A DNA stretch of 15,744 nt from Calditrichaceae bacterium (GTDB lineage Bacteria; Calditrichota; Calditrichia; Calditrichales; JBFXGD01): the NCBI GenBank assembly GCA_050178385.1, contig JBFXGD010000073.1, positions 1 through 15,744 of the forward strand, in the 5' to 3' direction. This document shows, piece by piece, positions 1 to 8,760 of the stretch (its first letter is position 1; every line of letters starts with the position of its first letter). The position numbers and the translations under genes were made by a program. The notes under the pieces were generated by a model that did no database searches, was not told the origin of the DNA, and saw only the letters and a program-made list of their open reading frames with translations.

Positions 1-237
1 TTCAGACAACTATTTTTTATTGACCTGGAAGATCATTCAATTTATTGTTTTGAATTGATTTAACCATCTTCCCTCATTTGCAATATATAGAATTTTATGA
101 CGATAAGCACCGGATGATAACGAATCAGAAATATTTTATTAACTTGAAAAAAGATCAAATACTTTCCGGAATTCATGTTCGGATTTATAGTGGATTTTTT
201 ATGTATTCATGATACCGGTTGAGAAACATTTAATAAT

Positions 238-266
238 AGTATAAACGATGATGCGAATAAATGCAA
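238..266 (-). promoter_or_regulatory. Putative sigma70-type promoter firing leftwards out of the window
   Basis: Minus strand reads TTGCAT (266-261), a 17-nt spacer, then TATACT (243-238), in an AT-rich intergenic region. Confidence 0.5.
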
Positions 267-390
267 GAACTTTTGAAAACGTTAGAGTACGCCAATCGGA
301 TTCATTTTTATAACTTTTTACGGCATGATTATTTTTTATTAGAATATTAATAAAGATAATTGAAAACAGAAAAAATTTATTGTGGATTGT

Positions 391-798
391 TTAATGGAGT
401 TTTTGCTGCTGATCCTTCTGCGGAATCGTTTTTTGGGCAAGCCAGGCCAACGCTTCATCCTCATCATAAAAGGCCATAAAACTCATATTCTGCATTTCCG
501 CGAAAATAGATAACATCCTTGCCAATCCAAATCTAACTGTGGATTCCCGGCTAACCAATATGGCGCAGCGTCCACGAAAATTCGATGATTTTGAGAAGAG
601 ATCGGCAATGAGATTCATCTCTCTGGATGTCCGTATTTCTTCACTCTTTCTCACATCCATTAACACATTTACGCCACAGTCACTTTTTGGATCTTCTAAG
701 GCTGTTTTATAATTATTATATGTTTCCTTAAAAGAATAGTTACCTGACGCGTAGCAATGTACAATATTTTCAGATCGGTGTTCATAGGACGTTGGCAT
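391..798 (-). CDS. STAS/SEC14 (SpoIIAA-like) domain protein
   Basis: 135 aa with the pattern VLMDVR ... RCAILV ... FGLARM ... F.DEDEALAWL typical of stand-alone SpoIIAA-like proteins. GGGA lies upstream of the ATG. Confidence 0.75.
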   Translation of the reverse strand: MPTSYEHRSENIVHCYASGNYSFKETYNNYKTALEDPKSDCGVNVLMDVRKSEEIRTSREMNLIADLFSKSSNFRGRCAILVSRESTVRFGLARMLSIFAEMQNMSFMAFYDEDEALAWLAQKTIPQKDQQQKLH

Positions 799-846
799 AT
801 TTGTCCCGGTTCTATTTTATATTTAGAGTTCGATTAAAGTTCTTAC

Positions 847-865
847 AATGATATTCGATATCATT
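847..865. promoter_or_regulatory. 19-bp palindromic operator candidate, Fur-box-like
   Basis: AATGATAT-TCG-ATATCATT has perfect 8-bp arms and matches AATGATAATCATTATCATT at 16/19. It lies about 50 nt upstream of the STAS gene start. Confidence 0.4.
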
Positions 866-1132
866 TATTTTTTCATTAGTAAAAAAGTGAATTATTATAT
901 AAAACACTCCCGCGTTGAAAAACTCATTTCGCTGAGTCCGAGTACATTTTATGTATAAAAATTATTTGTTTATTTTCAAACTCCCACCGTCGAATTTACG
1001 TGAGTATCATCAATGCCCGGACTCACGTTATTTTGATAAGACCAAAGGCTACTTCAAAATGCTTAGGCGCGGCGCCGAAAAAAAATTATTATTCATATTA
1101 ATGATTAAATTTTACTTTCATTGCTACCACAT

Positions 1133-1232
1133 AAACAAAAAATCCGGCGCGGACCGCGGTGAAAGGGATCAAACCTGCACTCAAACTATATGAGCAAGGA
1201 GTTCCTCAAATTCACCGTTGACCGCGCCGGAT
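1133..1232 (-). terminator. Long GC-rich hairpin plus U-tract downstream of the nuclease gene
   Basis: Arms 1142-1163 and 1211-1232 pair at 19/22, with the outer 11 bp ATCCGGCGCGG perfect. On the minus strand it is followed by TTTTTGTTT and starts about 50 nt after the nuclease stop. Confidence 0.6.
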
Positions 1233-1283
1233 CTGTTAAACCATTATAATTAATTTTACAATCAAAACATTATAAACTTTGCC

Positions 1284-4200
1284 CTATCTCAATAAAAACA
1301 TCTTTTTCACCTGAACAAATACTCCCGCCCTGAGCTCATAAAGATACATACCGCTGGATACCGCCGTACCGGTTTTGTCTTTTCCATCCCAGCGGACACT
1401 GTGTAATCCGGCTTCGTAATAATTATCGGTGAGCACCCTGACTTCCTGACCGAGAATATTATATATTCTGATAGTAACTGATGCCGCATCAGGCAGGCTG
1501 AACCGAATGGATGTCTCAGGATTGAACGGATTTGGATAGTTTTGATCAAGAGAAAATTCCGTCGGTAAAGTACTTGATACAGATTCAACTCCCCTGTCTG
1601 AATCCGAATCGGATTTCATCGCTTTCTCAGGTTTCCCGCATTCGTTTATGACTTCATAAAGCGGGCCATCGTCAATCGCCGGATCCCCTTTTTTATCTTT
1701 TGGAACTTGTACCTGGAATGATGCTCTGCCGATATTTCCGTTCTCATCTTCCGCCGCAACCTGTATGGTATAAACACGCCCGTTACCACTCCCATCACGC
1801 TCGGATCTGAGATCAACCGTTTTACAATTCACGATAACGATATCATCATAGGTATCACCGTCACCCTGACCGTTTTCCGGCTCATCACTCGTCACTGAAG
1901 TAATATATACATCGGTAAGATCCATACCGGGAGTCACGCCGTCACTTACGGAGACTACAAAATCCCGAATGTTGAATCTCTGATACTTATGATTTGGCGG
2001 CCACAGAACCGCCGGTTGCTCCTTTACGACGATTTCGGGCGGTGTCACATCCAGAAACAGGACCAGACCGTCATGATCTGAAGATCTTAGCGGCGTGCTT
2101 TCCGAATATATATCATTTACAGCAGCGTCGGCATTACCCCGGCCGTATTCAAATCCCGTCACCGCCTTGTTTAACCCGGACGATGTGAGCGCGTGATCGA
2201 GTACCTGCCCGCTTCCCTGAAATATAAAAGAATACCGTTCACCAGCAGGAAGGATTAATACCTGATTCGTCAAATCCGGATTAACCAGATCGGGCCCGCT
2301 CAAAAGATTATCAGCAGCAACAAAACTTCCTTTGATCTGACCTACGGCATCCACATAACCATCGGTAAATTCATAAGCGTTAAAATCACCTGTCACCACT
2401 AAATGAATATCCGGATTTTGTGTTTGCAGATCCTGTACCTTTTGCGCGATGGATTGCGCCTGTTCCAGTCGTTTCTGTCTGACCCTCGGGCCATCAGAAG
2501 GATCATCAATTCCGCCGAGTGAGCGATTGTGAACAGCCATTACTGAAATCGGAAAGGCCGGAACACCGCTTACGATGAATTTTCCTTCGAGAAGCAGCGG
2601 CGGACGGTCGTGGAGCAGCGAACCATCTAAACTCAATGTCTCCGTCGCACCAAGTTGCGTTATTGCATCCACCTGAACCGAATTCCGCACCAGGAATCCA
2701 ACATCTATACCGCCCACATCATTTCCCTCTACCAGATAGGCGGTATATTGAACGGATGAATCATCCGCGTGAATCTTTCCCGCGAGATCGTTGAGTACAC
2801 CCAGTTTTTCCACTTCCTGCACCGCGAGGATCTCCGGTGCTCCAAGCACATCGCGGATATATATTGAGAATTTGTCCAGCCTGCGGGCGTATTCGCCCGC
2901 GCTGACAACCTGACCGTTATCCTCTGTACCCAGATCATCCACATTATCAAAAAGCCGGAAAAAATTCAGCGAGCCAACCGTCATCTCACCTGACTGGCGG
3001 GATCTGACCGCTGATGGCAGTGTTTTCGGAGTGACCGTCAGTGAAGATGGCCAGAATTCATATCCGCCAAATTCATAACCCAGAACCCCAATGGCGCTGA
3101 ATGATGAGCCTGCCGGAATAATTTGATTTGTTAATCCAAGTTTATCGGGATCCAGTTCAAAGACTTCAGGATTACCATCCCAAACCGGGAGGCCGGACAG
3201 ACCGGGATATTCAATCCCCGGTTCACGAAGAGCGCGGTCTGAACCTGCGGTGATGTACACTTCGGCGACAGGATCCGTTCCGAACCGCTGATTGGCGCCG
3301 GTGACCGTACCCGCGTTAATACTGATCAGCATGCCTTCAAAGCGTTCAAGTTCCGTAGCAGGCTGCGGCTGGTTTGGAGACGGGAGAAATGAATCAAACA
3401 ATACTGCCTGCGGGAGTATATTTCCGGATGAATTGATGGTGACGTTCTCAATCGCTCCCAATTCGGTAAAATTGAAAAATTCCTGTATTTTCCCGGTTAC
3501 ATCCACATTATCACCTACACTTACCGTCGGCGCTGATCCTGTAAACACAAAAATACCATCGGATGTTACATTATCCCCGTCCGTCCTATCCGATGGCGTC
3601 TGGATGAAAAATCCGTTCGGCGCTGTCACGGTAACAATGTTACCCGCCGTCAATACGGTCTGGCCTTCAAACGGACTGGCGAGACCGGGCCCCTGGATTT
3701 CAAATATTTCTCTTGTTTGAATGACGCACCCGTCAAAGAGAGTGCCGTCCACTTTTGTCCCCGGTGAAAAAAGAGTCCCGCCTGATCCGGCCGCGACCGT
3801 ATGTTTAACCAGCGGTTCGGGACCGCTAATATCGGGGTCACGCGTGATTGATTGGTTATCCCCGCCTTCGGAACCATAGATGTAAACTGATATATCCGAA
3901 ACACCGTCGTTTAATGTCACGGTGTCGCCGCTGTTATTCAATCCCAGCAACCCGCTGCTTGCCGTCTGCACGATGGCCCTGCCGAATGTTCCGGTGGGCG
4001 TCCCACCGCCAAAAACGACGACAGGACATTGATCAGGTATCACACTACCTGAGGGAAATGTATGCCTTATGGCAACCGCGTCAGACAATGTCCAGCCGGA
4101 AATATCAACATCCGCGCCGGAATTATTAATAATTTCCACAAATTCATCCTGACCGCTGTCCCGCACTCCATCACCGTTCGCGTCCCCGGTGATATCACCC

Positions 4201-5237
4201 GCCGGATCGGCATGGATTTCATTTATAACCCATACACTCGGCGCGCCTGCCGATGTAAAACTAAACACAAAATCCGCGCTCATATTATCAGGCGGATCAT
4301 CTGAATCCGTATCTGTCACCTGAGCGGCAAAAACAGTAACAGTCACGTTCTCACCGGCTTCGAAATCCGTATCCGGATTGAGTGTAAAATTCATGGGGCC
4401 ACCGCTAACCGCCGCGGTATGCGATCCGCTTACTGCACCGTTGACAGAGAACCAGTTACCGGTCACAGTGACATCTTCATTAAAATTTATTTCTATATTC
4501 GCATCAACAGGAATATTGACTTCCATATTTGCGGGATTCGTTGACACGACCGATGGCGCCGCGTCCCCAACCGCGCCCGGTGTAAAAGTACCTATGGGAA
4601 ATGGTGTCGCGGCAGAAGCATTCGTCGTCTCATTATCAAGCGCGTTAATTCCGCTGAATATCCAGTTCGTCAGTACAAATGTGGTTCCGTCAGGTCCGGT
4701 TCCGTCAACCCGGTATACCCAACCATCCAGATAATCCCAGGACTGACCCGTGCCATCGACGTTGATATCACCAAAAACATCCACGACACTGCCATTTTTA
4801 AACAGTTCAATGGCATCATCACCATTTATGCTCGGAGCGCTGCCGCTGGTATAATCGGGAGCAAACCCGAAAAAATTGCTGAACTCAACGCTCTCCGTCG
4901 CCACATATAAAAAAGTCCCGCTTGTGACGGAGACCGCGGGGAATGTAAATTCTTCTCCGTCCGTGCCTCCCCCGTTGTTTGCAGATCCAAAACCGTAAAT
5001 GCTGAGATCAGCGATATTATTGACCGTATAAAATTCAACTGCTTTTGGCAATCCACCTGTTAGCGGACCGTCCACTACACCTGTTATGATCAGGTCTGAT
5101 TGGGCCATAACCGGAGAGCCGGTTAAAGGCATCATCAGCAGTATCATACCCGTCATCAAAACACCGGATATGGTCTTTTTCCAGTCTGATAACTGCCGTT
5201 TCCCACGAATTAAAAACGTTGTACAAGTTTGAACCAT
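1284..5237 (-). CDS. Secreted multidomain ExeM/NucH-like endonuclease/exonuclease/phosphatase (EEP) with lamin-tail domains, Ig-like domains, OB fold and T9SS-type/FlgD-Ig C-terminal sorting domain
   Basis: Signal peptide ending VMA|Q. LTD-like segments (LIITGVVDGPL...NGDDAIELF; VINEIHADP...DEFVEIIN). SbsA/Big_5-like APSVVSTNPAN. YhcR-like OB fold (IFEIQG..SPFEGQTV..GFFIQ..SDGIFVF). EEP motifs GSLN, AVQEVE, GDFN, LDH, SSDHD. An LWPPNHK..LRSERDGSGNGRVY domain. C-terminal LDQNYPNPFNPET...SGMYLY..KKMFLLR. SD GGGGAGGG upstream. Confidence 0.9.
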   Translation of the reverse strand: MVQTCTTFLIRGKRQLSDWKKTISGVLMTGMILLMMPLTGSPVMAQSDLIITGVVDGPLTGGLPKAVEFYTVNNIADLSIYGFGSANNGGGTDGEEFTFPAVSVTSGTFLYVATESVEFSNFFGFAPDYTSGSAPSINGDDAIELFKNGSVVDVFGDINVDGTGQSWDYLDGWVYRVDGTGPDGTTFVLTNWIFSGINALDNETTNASAATPFPIGTFTPGAVGDAAPSVVSTNPANMEVNIPVDANIEINFNEDVTVTGNWFSVNGAVSGSHTAAVSGGPMNFTLNPDTDFEAGENVTVTVFAAQVTDTDSDDPPDNMSADFVFSFTSAGAPSVWVINEIHADPAGDITGDANGDGVRDSGQDEFVEIINNSGADVDISGWTLSDAVAIRHTFPSGSVIPDQCPVVVFGGGTPTGTFGRAIVQTASSGLLGLNNSGDTVTLNDGVSDISVYIYGSEGGDNQSITRDPDISGPEPLVKHTVAAGSGGTLFSPGTKVDGTLFDGCVIQTREIFEIQGPGLASPFEGQTVLTAGNIVTVTAPNGFFIQTPSDRTDGDNVTSDGIFVFTGSAPTVSVGDNVDVTGKIQEFFNFTELGAIENVTINSSGNILPQAVLFDSFLPSPNQPQPATELERFEGMLISINAGTVTGANQRFGTDPVAEVYITAGSDRALREPGIEYPGLSGLPVWDGNPEVFELDPDKLGLTNQIIPAGSSFSAIGVLGYEFGGYEFWPSSLTVTPKTLPSAVRSRQSGEMTVGSLNFFRLFDNVDDLGTEDNGQVVSAGEYARRLDKFSIYIRDVLGAPEILAVQEVEKLGVLNDLAGKIHADDSSVQYTAYLVEGNDVGGIDVGFLVRNSVQVDAITQLGATETLSLDGSLLHDRPPLLLEGKFIVSGVPAFPISVMAVHNRSLGGIDDPSDGPRVRQKRLEQAQSIAQKVQDLQTQNPDIHLVVTGDFNAYEFTDGYVDAVGQIKGSFVAADNLLSGPDLVNPDLTNQVLILPAGERYSFIFQGSGQVLDHALTSSGLNKAVTGFEYGRGNADAAVNDIYSESTPLRSSDHDGLVLFLDVTPPEIVVKEQPAVLWPPNHKYQRFNIRDFVVSVSDGVTPGMDLTDVYITSVTSDEPENGQGDGDTYDDIVIVNCKTVDLRSERDGSGNGRVYTIQVAAEDENGNIGRASFQVQVPKDKKGDPAIDDGPLYEVINECGKPEKAMKSDSDSDRGVESVSSTLPTEFSLDQNYPNPFNPETSIRFSLPDAASVTIRIYNILGQEVRVLTDNYYEAGLHSVRWDGKDKTGTAVSSGMYLYELRAGVFVQVKKMFLLR

Positions 5238-5524
5238 GATTATCCCTCCCCTTGATTAAAAATTGTTAATGAGATATGGATTTATTAATCAACTGTTGCA
5301 TAATCTGCCAATTGAAAATCAGGATATCGTTTGGTAAACATTTAAATTGGATTATTTATGATCTTTAAACATCAGCTTGTAGCCATAACCGGTCGTATTA
5401 TAAAATGAAGCCGTGTGTCAAGACCGGATTTATTGCAAAACTTAATTTAATAAATTTAAGCGGACTTTAAAATTATAATGTGATCTGTCGCAGAATTGTT
5501 CAAAAAAAGCGCGCAGGATTAAAC

Positions 5525-5562
5525 AATTCAACTCCGGCATCCAAAGACACCGGAGTTAAATT
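5525..5562 (-). terminator. Intrinsic terminator-like hairpin after the M16C peptidase gene
   Basis: Minus strand AATTTAACTCCGGTGTC-TTTG-GATGCCGGAGTTGAATT forms a 17-bp stem when G.U pairs are allowed, which works only on the minus strand. It starts 25 nt after the stop and is followed by GTTT. Confidence 0.7.
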
Positions 5563-5586
5563 ATTTTAATGATAGTGAAAATCTTT

Positions 5587-8574
5587 TTAGCGGTTTAGCG
5601 GGATGATTTTGCCAAAGATGTCTTTTTCCGACTCAATTTTATCTTCGTTCCCATAAACGCAAAAGGCATCCTGAGCCAATACTTCGCTAACCATTTTCTC
5701 CATACTTCTAATATCTGCCGGGGTTACAGAAAGCACCGCCGAACGTTCTTTTTGCAGGTCGTCTTTTGTTGTTTTTTCAAAATAACGTTTTACGGCCAAC
5801 GCGCCCTTCTGAGATGGCGTCAGGGGTTTATCCATTCGGGCCACCGTGCCTATGATAAAGCGTGTCATTGTCTGATCGTCCGCCTCGAACGTTTTCATAA
5901 ATTCGGGTATGGCGTCAAAGTTGACAAGGGTTTCTCTCAGATTCGGGTCACGGTATGATGCAAAATAAACTCTTCCGTCAGATGAGAATGAACTGAATCC
6001 GCCATAGGCGCCACCGAGAACCCTGATCCTGGTCTGAAGAAAATCACGCGAAAGTATCTGGGTCAGGACACGCAGTTTTCCGTCCCATTTATAGCCGAGT
6101 TTTTTGTAATCATATCCCTGAAGAACATACTGCACTTTTGACGCGGTAAGCAGTCCTTCATTCTTCTTTTCAAATGTAAAGCTCCATTTATTGTATTCCG
6201 GCTTTTTCTCCGGCAAAAGTTTGACAAATTTTGCAAAATTCTTTGAAAACACAGGTAAATCCGATTTAGCGCCGGTGACGGATACGATTAGATTATTCTT
6301 GCTCAGAAGCAGTTCCGCCGTTTTATTCAGATTGGCGATAATATCACCCGATTTGTCGTCAAAATCGTTTAACAAGTCAGTGATAAACCAGTAATACTCG
6401 GCTCCTTCAGTCAATTCGTTAAACATACCTTCATTGCTGTAATATGAAGTCATTCGCTTCATCGCGTAACCTATCCCGTCCCTTTTGATACTCGCGTCAA
6501 GACGTGATTGATGGCGTGTAAGAACCGCCTTCAGCCGTTCGGTATCTCCGTAACGGGAATGTTTCACAATTTCCCCAACCAGTTCAAACATTTTGCCAAC
6601 TTTGCTGTTCATGGATTTTGACGAAACCACAAATTTCGGCATCAGGTTATTGTCATCTTCGTACTCAAGGTAAGTAGCCAGCGATGAACTGAATCCGCCG
6701 GTGTGAAGATTGAGAGCTTTATCCAGCTCCCCGTATGTATAATTTTCGGTATTCATGCTTCCCATAATTTCGGCCAGCAGCGCCGCATACGGAATAAGCT
6801 CTTTTGGAAGTACACGCGCATCGAAATAGAGGCTGGTATAAACCACATCATTGGTAAATGATTCATGTTGCAGAGCAGGCACATCAGAAATAAGGCTGCT
6901 CGATACAGTATACCATTCCGCTACCGGGTTAATATCCTTTAACTCAAGCATGGGGATAGCGGCGAGCGCCTCTGGAGTATCCTCCTGTTTCTGATATTCA
7001 ACCAGCGCGGATGTCTCTTTAACGAGTGATTCGGCCTCATCGGGAGAAAGTGATGCTTTATATGATTCAAGTTCCGCGGCAATTTGTTCATTGATTTCTG
7101 ACTCTAATCCTGGTTTAGGCTGAAGACTCAATAAAAGAGCATGTGGATTTTCGACCAGATACTTCTGAATTACCTTCTCCAGATAACCTTTTTTAATCTC
7201 TTTTTTGATATTTGTCAGCGTATTCTCATATTCAAGACTTAAAAACGGATCATTGGCAAAAAACCACCCGGAGAGTGTTCTAAAATTATAGGTTAACCCC
7301 TTCTGGGCATCATTACCTTCCCGAAGGCTGAATTCGATCCGGTTCAGTGTTCCCTGCACCGCTTCCTGGTCCAAACCTTTCTTTATGACGTCTTTAAGAG
7401 TTTTCATTACAACTTCATGAAATTTTTTCATATCTTCAGCGTTGGCATTCTGAACAGAAATCTGGAACACATTCTGTTTTAATTCATCCACCGAACCGCT
7501 CACTTCTTTTCCTATACCGGCTTCCTGCAGCGCCAGACGCACCGGCGCGGATTCCTGATTTACCAGGACTTCACTGAGAATATCAAGAGCCATAACCAGG
7601 GTCCTGTCGGTACACAGACCTGATACATAGCTAAGTGTCAGATAGGTTTGATCCTTTATATTTCCGCTTTCAGATACCGGATAAAACCCCGTGATTTCTT
7701 TCATCTTTTCAAAAGGCTTTTGAACGGGAATGGAGATCACGGCATCTGATTTATTGTAAGATGATAAATATTCGCGATTAATGAATTCCAGTTCTTTATC
7801 CACATCGGCGTTTCCATAAAGGAAAATGTAGCTGTTGGACGGATGATAATATTTTCGGTGAAAATTCAGAAAATCATCATACGTTAATGTAGGTGTAGCC
7901 GTCGGATATCCTCCTGAGGAATAAACGTAGCAGTTATCGGGAAAGAGATTTTTATCAATCTGATATCCCAGTTCCCGTGAAGGACTCGAAAAGGCGCCCT
8001 TCATTTCATTATAAACCACACCCTTATACTCAACAGGCGCCTCAGGGCCCGTTAATTCATGATGCCAGCCTTCCTGCTTTAGAATCCGGGGATCATCGTA
8101 TATAAGCGGATGAAAAACCGCGTCAAGATAGATATGCATCAGATTAAAATAATCTTTGTCATTCATACTGGCAACCGGATAGATAGTGATATGACTACCT
8201 GTCATTGCATTCAGAAATGTGTTCAGAGATCCCTTGGCGAGAACATCAAACGGACTTTTAACAGGGAAATTCCGCGATCCGTTGAGAACGGAATGTTCCA
8301 TTATATGCGGAGTTCCGGCATCCGACTCCGGCAGAGTCTTAAAAGCGATGCTGAAAGTTTTATTGGGATCGTCATCCGCAATTTTAATCAGACGGGCGCC
8401 GCTTTGAACATGTTCAAATAGCAGACATTCCGCGTTAACTTCTTTCACAAATCGTTTTTCAATAAGTTTGAAACCATGATAGGTTTCCCCATTTTTATAT
8501 TCGGCAAACAGCATATCAGACCACACCACCATTATTAATAAAACAAGAATTAAATTAAGACGCTTCAAAATCAT
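5587..8574 (-). CDS. Insulinase-family M16C zinc metallopeptidase (presequence protease PreP/Cym1-like) with N-terminal signal peptide
   Basis: Inverted zincin motif HIMEH followed by SVLNGS..FPVKSPF, TFLNAMT, QEGWH, GVVYNEMKG, and C-terminal RVLGGAYG and SYRDP. 995 aa. Hydrophobic N-terminus ending LFA|E. SD GGAGG at 8587-8583. Confidence 0.93.
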   Translation of the reverse strand: MILKRLNLILVLLIMVVWSDMLFAEYKNGETYHGFKLIEKRFVKEVNAECLLFEHVQSGARLIKIADDDPNKTFSIAFKTLPESDAGTPHIMEHSVLNGSRNFPVKSPFDVLAKGSLNTFLNAMTGSHITIYPVASMNDKDYFNLMHIYLDAVFHPLIYDDPRILKQEGWHHELTGPEAPVEYKGVVYNEMKGAFSSPSRELGYQIDKNLFPDNCYVYSSGGYPTATPTLTYDDFLNFHRKYYHPSNSYIFLYGNADVDKELEFINREYLSSYNKSDAVISIPVQKPFEKMKEITGFYPVSESGNIKDQTYLTLSYVSGLCTDRTLVMALDILSEVLVNQESAPVRLALQEAGIGKEVSGSVDELKQNVFQISVQNANAEDMKKFHEVVMKTLKDVIKKGLDQEAVQGTLNRIEFSLREGNDAQKGLTYNFRTLSGWFFANDPFLSLEYENTLTNIKKEIKKGYLEKVIQKYLVENPHALLLSLQPKPGLESEINEQIAAELESYKASLSPDEAESLVKETSALVEYQKQEDTPEALAAIPMLELKDINPVAEWYTVSSSLISDVPALQHESFTNDVVYTSLYFDARVLPKELIPYAALLAEIMGSMNTENYTYGELDKALNLHTGGFSSSLATYLEYEDDNNLMPKFVVSSKSMNSKVGKMFELVGEIVKHSRYGDTERLKAVLTRHQSRLDASIKRDGIGYAMKRMTSYYSNEGMFNELTEGAEYYWFITDLLNDFDDKSGDIIANLNKTAELLLSKNNLIVSVTGAKSDLPVFSKNFAKFVKLLPEKKPEYNKWSFTFEKKNEGLLTASKVQYVLQGYDYKKLGYKWDGKLRVLTQILSRDFLQTRIRVLGGAYGGFSSFSSDGRVYFASYRDPNLRETLVNFDAIPEFMKTFEADDQTMTRFIIGTVARMDKPLTPSQKGALAVKRYFEKTTKDDLQKERSAVLSVTPADIRSMEKMVSEVLAQDAFCVYGNEDKIESEKDIFGKIIPLNR

Positions 8575-8719
8575 TTACAATTCCTCCGGGTTAAATAAAT
8601 TATACTGGAGTAAAATTCCTGCGGACTCAGATCTTGCTACGAGGTTCAATCGTGATTGTTTCGTCATCAGAGTGATATTCCTTCTTTTTCCTGAATTTAA
8701 TTAAATAAGGATGAAGTGC

Positions 8720-8745
8720 AAAACAGACACCTTCGTCCAGGTGTC
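8720..8745 (-). terminator. Intrinsic terminator
   Basis: GACACCT (8726-8732) and AGGTGTC (8739-8745) form a 7-bp stem with a 6-nt loop, followed by TGTTTT on the minus strand, 15 nt after the stop at 8761. Confidence 0.7.
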
Positions 8746-8760
8746 AAACCAATACCGGTA

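Noticed and set aside
951..1193. 80-aa plus-strand ORF in the structured spacer
   Set aside because: No SD, no recognisable motif, low-complexity AT-driven composition, and it runs through the hairpins.
900..1240. Retron msr-msd, SRP, 6S or tRNA identity for the structured spacer
   Set aside because: There is no reverse transcriptase in the window, and I could not find the diagnostic motifs of these RNAs.
1307..8421. Many short alternative-frame and antisense ORFs inside the nuclease and peptidase genes (for example 3292-3720, 4378-4734, 8110-8421)
   Set aside because: They are shadow ORFs fully overlapping well-supported long genes and have no motifs.
8658..8670. Minus-strand CTGATGA-C-GAAAC resembling a hammerhead ribozyme core
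   Set aside because: Only one nucleotide lies between CUGAUGA and GAAA, so stem II is absent, and I found no convincing stems I/III.
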